From Mytilus edulis (taxonomy: Eukaryota), in the NCBI RefSeq assembly GCF_963676685.1, contig NC_092346.1, positions 21,080,001 through 21,144,000 of the forward strand: a stretch of DNA of 64,000 bases. Reading direction: 5' to 3'. Both the position numbers and the translations under genes were made by a program. This document shows, piece after piece, positions 1 through 14,500 of this stretch; positions within the stretch are counted from its first letter, which is position 1; every line of letters begins with the position of its first letter. The notes beneath the pieces were generated by a model. It saw only the letters and a program-made list of their open reading frames with translations, did no database searches and was not told where the DNA came from.

Positions 1-1732
1 AAGATGTGCGTAACAGTATCAAGCATTTTATAAAGCTAACTTATTTTAATGAAGAATATTTTGTAGTGCACCTTGGAATTATGATCATGGGTTTAGATAT
101 AAAGTAAGTAGATATAAGAAGATGCGGTATGAGTGCCAATGAGACAACTCTCCATCCAAGTCACAATTCGTAAAAGTATTATAGGTCAAAACAGCAATCT
201 ATAAAGACTAGTGTAAAACCATTCAAACAGGGAAACCAGTGGTCTAATCTATATAAAAAAAACGAGAAATACTTATGATTGAAATCACTTGACTCAATGA
301 AAAGACATATAAACATAAACAAGTGAACATACAATGACAGAAAAAAATTGATCTATAACACAATGTAAATACAAAATCAATAAGATAAGGGGTGAGATGT
401 TGAACAATATCAGAAAGACATTGATATGATCTACATATTTATTTTTTCATGTAAAAATTTCATGCTTTCATCAGAGAAATTATACTGAATTTCAACATAT
501 AATTTTTTTTTTTAAATCCACCAAACAAGATTAATGTTTTAGCAACTTGTATGCATTAGAGATTATACAAGTTCTTATTGTCTATTATCAAATGGCAAAA
601 CCAAAAGCTCAAACACATCAACCGAATAGACAACAACTGTCATCTTCCTGACTTGGTACAGGCGATTCCTCATGTAGAAAATAGTAGATTAAACCTGATT
701 TTATAGCTAGTTAAACCTCTCATTTGTATGACAGTTGCATAAAATTCCATTATATTACATGCTAGATAATCTGTTGAATCTTTGAAAAATCTAGCACAAA
801 ATAACATCTTATTAAGCAAAAGTTTCTGACACTATTGTTTACCTTCTTTGTTATTTACACATGATAGGTATAAATAAGAATGCATTCTTTTTATTTTAGA
901 TGTCATATTTGCAAGAAAGAGATAAAGACAATACCTGCACTAAAAACTCATATTCAGCAGCATAGTTACAAAACAACAGATACATAACCTTAATTGCTTG
1001 TGTAAATATAATATATGAGAAAATTTAGTGTAATTGAAATACAGTATCTCCAAAAATGGGAATTGTGTAAAGTATTACTTTCTTTAGTTTACAACTGTGC
1101 TGATCCTAGATGTGGCTGTATCATACTTTGTTTTTTTAAATCAGAAATGAAGACATTTGTTTATATCAGGACTGTCAGCCAAGCTTGTATTTGCATGTAC
1201 TTAAAGAAGGAAAACCATAATTGCTGTGATCTCAATGTTAAAAATTGTTCCATAGAATTTACTCAGAAATGTGAAATAAGTTACGGACAATATTTTATAA
1301 GAAAGCTTTATATTCTACAACAATAACGTAGGAAATAAATATAAAAAATGTACCATATTTATTGATTTTTTTTAGTAAATAAAGAAAATAATAAATGTAA
1401 CTTGATTATTGTTCTTATTGGTACATTAAGCAAGAAGATTAATAGGAAATCATAAATTTTGAAAGTCAACACTATATATGTGACCCACTTTCTGCTATGA
1501 TATCTGCACATTCTTCCATCATACTATAACATATATTCCAGTGCCTGGAGACATGACTTCAATATCTGTGTCTTCTGTAAAACTGATATTAAACAGTTAA
1601 TTGTATTATTTCTGATCTGATGTTTAGAGAAGGAACCATAAATTGATATAACCATCCACATACGAATATATCTGTCCCAAATCTAAAATCTTACTAGTGT
1701 TGATGCCAGTTCATTGGTGTTCTGTATTCAAT

Positions 1733-2455
1733 GAAATTGAGAATGGAAATGAGGAATGTGTCAAAGAGACAACAAACCGACCATAGAGCAGACAACACCG
1801 AAGACCACCATTGGGTCTTCAATGCAATGAGAACCTCCCACACTCGGAGGAGTCCTTCAGCTGTCCCCTTAACAAATATTTATACTAGTTCAGTGATAAT
1901 GGACGTCACATTAAACTGAATTACACACAAGAAACTAAAATTAAAAATCATACAAAACTAACAAAGGTCAGAGGCTCCTGACTTGGGACAAGTGCAAAAC
2001 ATTGATGGGGTTAAACATGTTTTTTGATATATTAACTCTCCCCCATACCTCTAGCCGATGTAGAAAAACACACAACAATACGCCCAGTTAAACTCAGTTT
2101 AAGAGAAGTCTTAGTCTGATGTCATAATAGGTAACAAAAGAAACTAAACAAAATGACTAATACATGAAAAAAAGGGCTACTAGCAGTTACTGACATGTCA
2201 GCTCCAGACCACAATTAAACTGATTGAAAGATTGTCTTCATCATATGAAAAACAAACACAATCTCTTCCGTTAGGGGTATAGTATTATACAATCATAACA
2301 TATATGAGACGAACATAACCCGTGCATGCCAACAACTGGTTTAAGAATAAATGTATCTTATTCCAATGCAAAGACCCTATAAGTTAATCAATATTAAAGC
2401 CAAAATATGCAATCTTTAATGACCTGACAAAAGTATCGTAGCTATATCCCTTTTT
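1733..2455 (+). repeat. Abundant interspersed repeat (copy 1), probably a non-autonomous Helitron/Helentron-like element
   Basis: AAATTGAGAATGGAAATG.GGAATGTG.CAAAGAGACAAC... is shared with 23089-23415 and 26304-26778. Confidence 0.6.
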
Positions 2456-2964
2456 CATCTTGTTTTTGTTAGCTTTTGATTTGAATATTGACATTTTTCT
2501 GCTTTGTAAATTTCCATATAAGATTGGATCTGAAATGCAGGTACCTGAACGTATGAGATGTCTAAGTATTCAAACTCTTTGCTATTTAAAGTTTATGTAT
2601 GGTATATACTCTGGTCTTTTGTAGATGGCATTATGTTATTCCCTAGATGTATAAGTTTGCTCATGTTGCTCTTTTATTAACCTCAACAATTCTTATATTT
2701 ATTGATAAAATTGTTTTTTTTTATTTCCCGCTATTATTTTCATATCTAAGAAGCCTACACAAAGATATTTTTTAGTCTATGTTTATCCTTCAAAAGTTTA
2801 TCATTTACGGGTGATATTTACTGTTAAAGTTTGTTTATTGATTGCTGCTTTTTTCTTTTTTTCTTTAATTATCTGCAATGTAAGTTATAGAAATTGAGCC
2901 ACAATCTGGCAGCATTGCATACCATATATCTCACAGTGTAGAATACCTTGAATACAAATGCTTA

Positions 2965-3605
2965 CTAAATGACCTTATTTTCATGGTTTAATGACTGCTC
3001 GAAAAAAAAAATTTGTCATGTGAATATCTCACTTGTTATGAATAATAGATCATTGGTCATCAAGATTAAAGTTGCATAATTACGTCAACTACATATGTAT
3101 ATCGTACATGGAATGATTGAATGGTGTACATATCAGTAAAAGCAGGTTTGACCTGACCTTGACCCCATGGTCATGATTTATTGGTCAATGTTAAGGTCTG
3201 GTGTTTTTGTCTGCATATTATGCCATAAGCAGTTATATGTCAACTATATTTGATGCATGGAATGATGTAAAGTTTACCAGTAAAGTTTAAATTTATCCTT
3301 CACCTTATTTTCATGGTATATTGGTTAATGTTAAGTTTCAGTAGTTTGGTTCTCTTCTTTAAAGTCCACTATTAATAGGTGTTTTAAATGATTTCACGTT
3401 GATCTAGGTTGTCTGGCAGGATTCATCTGACCTTGACCTCATTGTGTGGTTCATTGGTCAATATTTTCGTGGTTTGGTCTGTTTCTTGTTCACTAAATGT
3501 TTATATAAGCAACAGATTAACTATATTTGGTGTCTAGAATGATTGTCAGTAGTACATGTCTATCTGTCAGGTATTATTTATTTTCATGATTCATTGGTCA
3601 TTGTT
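2965..3605. repeat. Degenerate tandem array (GACCTTGACC/ATTTTCATGGTTCATTGGTCAA motifs)
   Basis: Motifs recur at ~2970, ~3150, ~3300, ~3430 and ~3580. Confidence 0.5.
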
Positions 3606-4202
3606 GATCATTGTTTAATTTAAAGTGGTTATATTTTGCCAGATCGTATTATTAGCTCAGTAGTCTGTGCTTTGACACTGACATGCTTTTTAACACACCT
3701 TTCTTAATTATCTGTTGATATATTTGGAAATAAGAAAAACACATTTTTTCTAGCTTTCTTTTCCTGTAGACCAAGTTTTAGTTCCTTTTATATGAATGAG
3801 ATACGCTGGTAACCTCGATGTCAGTCTGCAAAAAAATATGCAATTCAACAATCAGATCTTACTATGTCAATAACAATATTGTGGAAATGGAAATGCATGG
3901 GAAAATGTAGGAATGTGAAAGTCGTCTATAGTTGCAGTAAAAACATTTTAGAGGAAAAATCAATGACACTTAAACTCTGCAAACACAATACAACAGAACG
4001 ACATTGAAACAGAATGTATCACTGTTGTGATGGGATACTTTTACAAAACTACACTTCTAAAATGCTTGATATATATATATGCTACTTTTACAAACAAAAT
4101 ATGCGGACGATACTTAGGGGAACATTACAAACTCAGAAGTCGACAGAAACTGGCAACGCCACGAAACAGAAGATAAGAAAACGGAAAAAAAACCATCAAG
4201 TT

Positions 4203-5281
4203 CCCTTATGGAATTGAATTATTTGCCGCAGACTTGCTGCAAGCTTGCGGCAAACAAAAAGTTTACAGGAACACAGAAAATAATGTTTGCAGATATTTGC
4301 CGCTAGCTGCAAACTTCTGGCAATTTTGCAGCTTTTTGCTGCAAGCTTGCGGCAAGTTTACAGAAACATCAATGTTTGCAGTAAGATTGCAGAATAAAGA
4401 ATGTTTGCTACAAGATTGCAGAAAACTTTGACAATTCGATATGTTTGACGCAATATTGCAGAAAACTTTGGCCATTATAAATGCTTGCCAGAACATTGCA
4501 ATTCACGATATTGACTGGGCATGCCTAGTTGGCACTTCCTGGAAGCTAACAATTTGAAATTCTGGCCCTAGGTCATGTTGGTTGTGTTTGGAAAATGCAA
4601 TTATAAGAGATCAAGGAGGCATTTTGGTTCAATATTATAGGATATTCAGTATTTTGTAAGTACAAATAATTCATAGAACTGCATGTTTAATAAAACAATT
4701 CATGTCATCATCATACATAACTATGTAAGCAACTATATATACATGTATGTGTGTTTGAAAAACTTTAGCTATTATAAGATTGAATTTTGTAACTGATGTT
4801 ACTGTATTGTGTTTATCAAAATTAAGTTAAATACTGTAATGCAATTATTACTTAGATTTATACTCAATACAAATTTGAGATTTATCCTTTTTCATTTCTT
4901 AACACAGGTATATAATGCTATTTGAGAATGACCCTTGCCCCTTTTTCAAAACTCAAATGCATGTATGTATTTCCTTAAATTCCAAAGTCAAGAATTCTTT
5001 CAATGACTGTTTTTATACAGGCAGAAATTGACTATTTAAAAATGTTTATGTGTAATTTGAAAGAGATAAATTGAATGTGTCTATACACATGACATTGGTA
5101 TATGTGTAGTTCCTGCAAGTTTGCAACAAACAATTGCCGCAAGCTTGCGGCAAATCTATTTTGCATAATTACGTTTGCTGCAAGCTTGCCGCAACCTTTA
5201 TTTGCATGGTAAAATGGTTGCGGCAAGTTTGCAGCAAACTTACGGCAAATGTTTGCAGCAGGACTTATTTTTCCGTAAGGG
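4203..5281. mobile_element. Non-autonomous TIR DNA transposon (EnSpm/CACTA-like, CCC termini)
   Basis: Termini CCCTTATGGAA ... TTCCGTAAGGG, flanked by TT on both sides; many subterminal TTGCTGCAAGCTTGCGGCAA-type repeats at both ends. Confidence 0.65.
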
Positions 5282-5574
5282 TTAACAAAATAATTCATAG
5301 AAAATAACGACTGTGCAAAACGAACCACACCTTGGAAATCAACTTTGAATTGGCTTTAGTCAACGGTAACTTGAAATGAAAGCATAAGAGTTAGTTTATT
5401 TTTTAAACCATTTGGAATCAAACATATTTAAGGAAGAGACTCCTCTATTCCTTAACTAGGAACAGATTTTTCTCTTCTCTGACTCAGTGTAGGTTAATAA
5501 GTGCCTATAATTTTAATATGTGTAAAAAGCAAAACAAGTACTTTAATAATATAATTTTAATTTGTTGTATCCGT

Positions 5575-8500
5575 CTATCCATCTGTGTTCTGCAGGTTTG
5601 TTAGTAGATCTGCAATTGATATACTCAATTAGAATTTTTTTAAATATGAAACATAATTTGCTTCGTAAATACGGTCACTATACAAAATACGTAAACTATA
5701 ATTGCCTTTTACCATCTGATTCTCTTTATAAGTTCTTCTGTTGAAATTCCGAATTACCTGAGCGAGATAAGATTTTATAAGTTTTCCTTTTTCATAGATC
5801 AATTATGTTCTCTTAAGCCAATCTATTAACATTAATACCGTTTAATTCATTTGATTTGCTTTGATACTACTGGAGATCACCTTTGAATCCAAATGAGTGA
5901 TGCATGTTCAGCTGAAGAGTCATTCCTGTATGGTTGATGAGTGGTACATGTTTAGCGGACGGATAATATACATAAAAAAACAGAGTTCTAAGATACCCCG
6001 TGTTGCGTATATTTTTTCTGTTCATGCACAATAACATTAAAAAAGACCACACAATTACTTTTAATTGTCTTTAATCCTTTTTATGAATATTTTCCAGCAA
6101 TAAAGGATTAAAAGTCTACTTGCAATATTGTCATATAATCTATATTTTTATGGATATAAGTCTTTTATAAATAGTTGATCAGCAATTGTTTGAGCTTGTC
6201 CGAGACTTTGCTAGAAGGTATTTCAGTAAAATGTCCAATATGATCAAACTGGTGTAATTGTGTACCCCCTGGTGTACAATTCGTGTCAGATCATGATATG
6301 TATCAATAAGATATGTTAGGTTTATATCAACATAAGGGACATTTCTGAAAGATTTGTTTTTATTTCACTGCATGGTTTTTAAAACAAAAAACAACACTTG
6401 ATTTTATCGCAAATTGTTTGGTTTTATAATGTTCAATGGTTTTCCATTTTGATATGTAAAAACGTTAACAGGTGATTAAGTCCAATTGATTGCAAACACT
6501 TGAACTTTGATTGGCCTTTGACAAGACAGCTTCATAAGTCTTACTTGTTGCTCCGTTGGCTGCTACCTGTGCTCCTTGTTGCAGGGCTTGGTTTAATAAA
6601 TCTGTTCCTTGTTGTGCAGCAGCCTGTCCCACCTGTTTAAAAGTTTCTCCAAATGTTTCACCCAAAGCATGGAGTTGCACCTTCAGTTGTTCCAAGACAC
6701 CTTGGAATGTATCTTTTAGGAACCGTTTGCTGTAAATTTGTACATCAATTCATCTTTAGACGACATTGGAAAAAAGAATATTTTCTTAACAAAAATGTAC
6801 GATATAGATTTCTGGGTGCAATAAACAGAAAAAAAACAAGTTTCAAACTTCACCTGATACTGTAAACATAGAATGGATTAGGAATTGGGAAAACGAAATG
6901 TATTGTTCAGATAACAAATACCAAACTTTGAATGCTACTACATAAGTGACACCCTTAAGTGTTTCCTACGATGACATAAGATAATTTGAAGTCAATGACA
7001 GGGATTCATACCATAGTGCGGATTTGCAATTGTTTGTCTATTATATAAATCTTATATCCAAAGCCTTGTGAAGATAATTTTCCTTATTCATTGATACAAA
7101 TAAAAAATAAGGATATGTAATTTTATTGCCAACGAGACAACATCAGACCAAACAATGAAGTTGCATATTAAAAAAAACATAGACTTTACAATTAAGTCTT
7201 TGTTCATTTTAAGGTATATTCATGTTAGCCAAAACGAACAAATGCATTGTTCACAGTCCCGATGTCGTCATTAATCATTAATTGAAACGAAATTCCTTAA
7301 TAGAATGGTTATACCTAGTTGAAAATTTAAGTGGAAACGATAAAAGTCCAATAAGTATTAAAGACTCAAAAATAGTCAGAATATATAATTTTGCACACTT
7401 TTCCTTAATTGTTATTTTGTACAGATTTCTAATGATGACACCGCCATACGTTTTCGGTAAACAGGAGGTTTATTTGTGTTTTATGGAAAAAGGTCATTAT
7501 ATTTTGCACTCGAATTTCAATTTACGAAAGGATGAAAACATAGACAGATATAAACTGATATAGCCTCGCGAATATAGCACCGGAGCGGAATATAGTTATC
7601 TATGCAATAGTTATGTTATGTTTATAGTTTACCTTGTTCCATCGGGATTTTGGAGATTTGTTAAAAGACCTAAAATAAAAACAAATTCTGATAACATTTT
7701 AATCATTTTAAGTAACATAATATATAAAAGCGATGCTTAAGATTTGTATGATTAAATGTGTTGATGTGTTCTCTCGTAATTTCTAATGATTTAAAACAAT
7801 TGTTCCAAATGTTGCAAGCCAATTCGACATGCTTTCTGTTTTAAGCGATTTTTTTTTCTGCATACCATTCCTATATTCTATTAATGGCGATCGACACGAC
7901 AGTGCAATATATAAGTAACACAAATAAAAATAGATTATACACAACTGTAAAATTCATAATGAAATGGCAATAAAAAACGCAAACAAAAATAGCTTAGAAA
8001 CGGTACCGGGAATACGAATCCTATTTTATCTGCCGTAATGGCTAATTAAAGGATGTGGTTCACTTTCCGCATCATTTGAAAGGTAAATTTGAGAGATGAT
8101 TTCAATAAGAATAGATACTACAACATTAACGAAAGTCTATAATTCTGGCTTGTGAGAGTATCACTTCAATCTCTACGACACAACCTACGTACATTGTAAA
8201 GTTTTAATTACATTTCGTTTTTAAATTTTCGTTTTCTTTTTTTCCATGATAACAATTCCAATTTCTAGGAACGCATGTCGCGTGAACTGAAATCCTTTTA
8301 ATGGATAAGTTGACACTAAAATTTCATAATAAACCGCAGCAGCTGAGATATTGAATAACTCAGTTCGAACCGAGGAATAGTTTTATATCGTTAGCCTACA
8401 ACATACTTTGCATTTTTCTTCGAGTAATGAAAACCTCCGATTTAAACATTAAACTACTAAACATCCTTATTTTTTAAATTCTTCAACAACAAATTTATAG

Positions 8501-11500
8501 ATGTTAACCTGTTGCTCCATTAGCAGCAAGCTGTGCTCCTTGTTGTAGAGCTTGATTCAAAAGATCTGTTCCTTGTTGTGCAGCAGCCTGTCCCACCTGT
8601 TTAAAAGTTTCTCCAAATGTTTCACCCAAAGCATGGAGTTGCACCTTCAGTTGATCCAAGACACCTTGGAATGTATCTTTTAGGAACCGTTTGCTGTAAA
8701 TTTGTACATCAATTCATCTTTAGACGACATTGGAAAAAAGAATATTTTCTTAACAAAAATGTACGATATAGATTTCTGGGTGCAATAAACAGAAAAAAAC
8801 CAAGTTTCAAACTTCACCTGATACTGTAAACATAGAATGGATTAGGAATTGGGAAAACGAAATGTATTGTTCAGATAACAAATACCAAACTTTGAATGCT
8901 ACCACATAAGTGACACCCTTAAGTGTTTCCTACGATGACATAAGATAATTTGAAGTCAATGACAGGGATTCATACCATAGTGCGGTTTTGCAATTGTTTG
9001 CCTATTATATAAATCTTATATCCAAAGCCTTGTGAAGATAATTTTCCTTATTCATTGATACAAATAAATATAAGGATATGTAATTTTATTGCAACGAGAC
9101 AACATCAGACCAAACAATGAAGTTGCATATTAAAAAAAACATAGACTTTACAATTAAGTCTTTGTTCATTTTAAGGTATATTCATGTTAGCCAAAACGAA
9201 CAAATGCATTGTTCACAGTCCCGATGTCGTCATTAATCATTAATTGAAACGAAATTCCTTAATAGAATGGTTATACCTAGTTGAAAATTTAAGTGGACAC
9301 GATAAAAGTCCAATAAGTATTAAAGACTCAAAAATAGTCAGAATATATAATTTTGCACACTTTTCCTTAATTGTTATTTTGTACAGATTTCTAATGATGA
9401 CACCGCCATACGTTTTCGGTAAACAGGAGGTTTATTTGTGTTTTATGGAAAAAGGTCATTATATTTTGCACTCGAATTTCAATTTACGAAAGGATGAAAA
9501 CATAGACAGATATAAACTGATATAGCCTCGAGAATATAGCACCGGAGCGGAATATAGTTATCTATGCAATAGTTATGTTATGTTTATAATTTACCTTGTT
9601 CCATCGGGATTTTGGAGATTTGTTAAAAGACCTAAAATAAAAACAAATTCTGATAACATTTTAATCATTTTAAGTAACATAATATATAAAAGCGATGCTT
9701 AAGATTTGTATGATTAAATGTGTTGATGTGTTCTCTCGTAATTTCTAATGATTTAAAACAATTGTTCCAAATGTTGCAAGCCAATTCGACATGCTTTCTG
9801 TTTTAAGCGATTTATATTTTTTTTCTGTATACCATTCCTATATTCTATTAATGGCGATCGACACGACAGTGCAATATATAAGTAACACAAATAAAAATAG
9901 ATTATACACAACTGTAAAATTCATAATGAAATGGCAATAAAAACGCAAACAAAAATAGCTTAGAAACGGTACCGGGAATACGGATCCTATTTTATCTGCC
10001 GTAATGGCTAATTAAAGGATGTGGTTCACTTTCCGCATCATTTGAAAGGTAAATTTGAGAGATGATTTCAATAAGAATAGATACTACAACATTAACGGAA
10101 GTCTATAATTCTGGCTTGTGAGAGTATCACTTCAATCTCTACGACACAATCTACGTACATTGTAAAGTTTTAATTACATTTCGTTTTTAAATTTTCGTTT
10201 TTTTTTCCATGATAACAATTCCAATTTCTAGGAACGCATGTCGCGTGAACTGAAATCCTTTTAATGGATAAGTTGACACTAAAATTTCATAATAAACCGC
10301 AGCAGCTGAGATATTGAATAACTCAGTTCGAACCGAGGAATAGTTTTATATCGTTAGCCTACAACATACTTTGCATTTTTCTTCGAGTAATGAAAACCTC
10401 CGATTTAAACATTAAACTACTAAACATCCTTATTTTTTAAATTCTTCAACAACAAATTTATAGATGTTAACCTGTTGCTCCATTAGCAGCAAGCTGTGCT
10501 CCTTGTTGTAGAGCTTGATTCAAAAGATCTGTTCCTTGTTGAGCAGCAACTTGTCCTACTTGCTTGAATGTTTCTTTAAAGGTTTGCCCGAGAGCGTTCA
10601 GCTGTTCATTAAGTTTATCAAGAACTCCCTGAAATGTGTCCTTCAAGAATCTTTTCCTTTAGTAAGAAAAAAAGAAACTTTTATGTTTAATTATGTATTT
10701 CGGCCAAAGACACATGCATGGCCGGAGTGAGAAAATCAAATCCACATAGACCTGTGGGCATTATAATTTATATAAATAGTTACTTTTGATGCAGAGCTGT
10801 CTCATTGGCACTCATACCACATCTTCCTATATCTATATATAACTAAAAATTAGAGTTCATAATAAAAAACCAGAATATCGTGGATATAACAAAGGGGCCA
10901 TAAAACTTGACTCATTGCATAGCTAAAAAAATCATGTTTGAAACATGAAATCCAGTATTTTGAGTATTTGAATTTAAAGTATCGAGTACAATGAACTGAC
11001 TCGATTGTTCTATAACCGATAGGCTGCTAACAAAATTCTATTTTTTAACTCATAATTCCACACAGTTGTAATGTACAAATAAATAAATTATTTATGTATT
11101 TCTTTGTGCTGTGTGTTCATACATTTGTTTGTACTGTATTCCTGTCCCGGAGTGTTGTCATTTTGTCGGCATTTTTAACTTTGCCAAAAAAGTGGGAGGT
11201 TTGGTTAGCCATAACACGGGTTCAACCTACTATTTTCCTTTAAGATGTCTTGTACCAAGTCAGGAATATGGCAGTTGTGATCTACAATCCGTTTATATGT
11301 ATGTTGTTGTTGTTCAGTGTTTCTGTTGTTCCGTTGTTTTCCTCTTATAGTTGATGTGTTCAGATGTGTTTTAGTTTCTCACCAGGATTTGTTTTTGCTT
11401 AATCAAACTATGACTATTGGTCAGCGATATACTACTGTTGCCTTTATTTACTGCGTTAATTTCATTACAATATAAGTGGGTTTTTTACCTTGCATCATCA

Positions 11501-14500
11501 GGATTTTGAAGATTTGTTACCAGATCTGAAATAAGAAATTGTGGTGTTTCAACATTTGAATATTTTTTTCGAAAGGGAAACGTGAGCTGGAAGTCAGATT
11601 GTTATTAGTTTTCGAACTCCTTTAACAACTCAATACCATGTCATAAAAGGTCAATCAAAATTTGAAGGACATTCGATTTTAAGTCATACATTATCATTGT
11701 TAATATGCTTACTCTTTCATCCAATTTGGCTTTCTACCCTTTGTAAGACATTTTTTTAAATTAGATACGTTTCCAATTCTGAATGAATTGAAAATACTGG
11801 AATGCAATTGACACAATGTTCGATGATTTTGAATTTCACATGTAATATATAATATAAGTAAAGCTATAACAAACACAAATCAACGGCTCCAATAATGCAA
11901 AGATGTTGAATACATTTAGATTTTCTTGTTTGTTAGATTTTTTGTTTGGAACGTGTGGTTTTCTCACAAAATAAAAAAAATTATCCTTTTTCTATTATAA
12001 GATTCTTACATGTACGACAAAAAATACCAACTCCAAGGTAAATCAAGGAAGTTGTTAATCTTTTTTTTTGGGGGGGGGGGTGTTTGTTTTTTGTTGGTGT
12101 TTTCTTAGATTATTCTTATTAACTTCTACACTATCATTGAGTTGTTAATCTTTTGTAATCTATAAATTCGTAAATAAAATCATTCAAAGAAGAGTGTAAC
12201 TGAGCTTCAGTTGCATCTTAATTCAGGTGATGAACTTTTGATTTGAAATAAAACTACGAATTCTTTTCATATGATACTACAACATATGAACAAATACTTA
12301 CTTGTAGCTCCATTAGCAGCAAGCTGTGCTCCTTGTTGTAAAGCTTGGTTTAAAAGATCTGTTCCTTGTTGAGCAGCAACTTGTCCTACTTGTTTAAAGG
12401 TTTCTGTAAATGTGTTTCCGAGAGCTTTTAGCTGTTCATTAAGTTTATCAAGAACTCCTTGGAATGTGTCTTTTAAAAATCTTTTCCTGCAGTAATAAAA
12501 TGAAACGTTATATTACAGTAGATATGTGTTATGGACGAAAATATACTGAATTTTTAAAGTTTAGATGTTAGACATTATCAGCCGATTAATACAGAAAAAA
12601 ATACTAATTTACCAAAAAAAAACAACAGGAAAAAGTAATGAGGCAGAAAACTTAATATCACAGTGGCGAATACAACAATTTATAGTATTACAGTTATCCT
12701 TAGAAAGTCACATAATTTCCACCTACCACTTGAAGAAGGAGTGAATGCACATTGTATCGAGGTATATAAACGGATTAGGTCAGCATAGGTCCTATTGCAA
12801 TTTTACAAAAGTTGCTTACAAATATAATTTTTCTAAAAACATAGTATCTGTATGTGTTTAGAATATATTAACTATTTATTATTTAGCATGTAATGCATAC
12901 TATAATACTAGACAATGAAACCAGCTTTTGATGATTTTAGAATTCCTGAGCTTCGGAACCTGATTTAATTTTTTTTTAAATCAATATTTACACTAGATAT
13001 TCAATTTTCAAGAACTACTATGTTTTAAATTATTTCATTGAGAAAATTCGCATAATTTCAGAATGCCGAAAGTAAACTCGATTAGTTGTATTATTTCTAT
13101 GGCAAAGAGTGAAAAACAGTCGTAGTAGTACTGCCATTCATTTTAGTGCAATTTTTCAGTATATAATACTTAATCAAGTTCTCTATAATTTTATAATTAA
13201 CGAAAACATATAATAAACAATTCAACAATTTCATTAAAAAAAAAAGATTGAAAACAGGAAAATGTTTTATTAAAGGGACATCTCTCTTCTAAACATCGAA
13301 ACCACGCCACATCTGTCATTAACAGAGAAACCACGCCCCAACGGTCGTTATCAGACGGAAACCACGCCCATCCGGTCATTATCATGTAAAATTTGTTAAC
13401 GATCGGTTTATGGTACGTTTTGTTCTGTTAATGACTGATTGAGTTTATTACTGAAGAATAAAGAATGTCATGTGGCCCCTTTTTATCCAATAATAGAAGA
13501 TAATAGAAGCGTATTCTTCACCGATATGAAATAATCAACACTGGTTCTATACATTATGATATATTAAAATATTCGTTAAATCGTATGATAGTAAAATGAC
13601 GATTTAAGTATAAAAAGAACAAACGAAGACTAAATAATATAGACAGCAACCAACGACCACAACGGAATTTCATGCTCTTGGCACATTACAACAAATTTGG
13701 CGTAGTTTATGATCTTTGTAAACATTGAACCTCCTCTGAGATGAGACAATAGTGCGACTGCACAAGACAAGAACAAACCATAAATTTTAAAATCATTAAA
13801 ATCTTTACCAAATAGATTGGAACTACACACAAAAAAAATCCATGACAAATTAACGGACTAAACCACAGCGCACCGATTTAAGAGTACTCATAGATGTTTC
13901 AACTTACTCACAGCTAATGATTTAATTACTATGTACGTACTTGCAAAACCAAATATGTTCTCTTATGTACATTTAATGCATCGTTCTAATAAAATACAGC
14001 TAGCCTTTATGATAAAGGACGAACAGCCGCATGACTATGGATGAAATGATGCGAATCAATAATGATAAAAAGTCACCTCCCTTTACTTGTTCACAATGCC
14101 AGATATTTAAAATATCCTTCCTTACAAAATAAACTTTGCAGTATCTATACAATACTGACAAAATTTTATGTTTACCTTGTTCCATCAGGATTTTGGAGAT
14201 TTGTTAGGAGATCTGAAAAAAACAATTTCAGCTGATTAAACACTTTTAAATGTGGACCACAAGAAAGCTATTAAACCAAGAGTTCCAAATGGTGAATGGG
14301 AAATCATCCCTTCGTAAATTTTACGGGCCTCATCACGAACTGGTTGACCGTTATGGAATAACCGTTTCAAAGATGATATCGGATATGTTTCTTATGTCGG
14401 ATCTTTCACCATGAATATGACCTACCGAATAAGACTATTTACCGAGCTCGTAATAACATGAGCAACACAACGGATGTCACGTGTGGAGACCCTTCCGAAG

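Noticed and set aside
900-1600. Possible small minus-strand exons near the window start
   Set aside because: Splice-like motifs are present, but I could not build a coherent reading frame or recognise a product.
6653-9525. Duplicated plus-strand ORFs 6653/8617 and 7282/9244 as tandem genes
   Set aside because: They are antisense or intronic by-products of the 1.96-kb duplication; the coding signal is on the minus strand.
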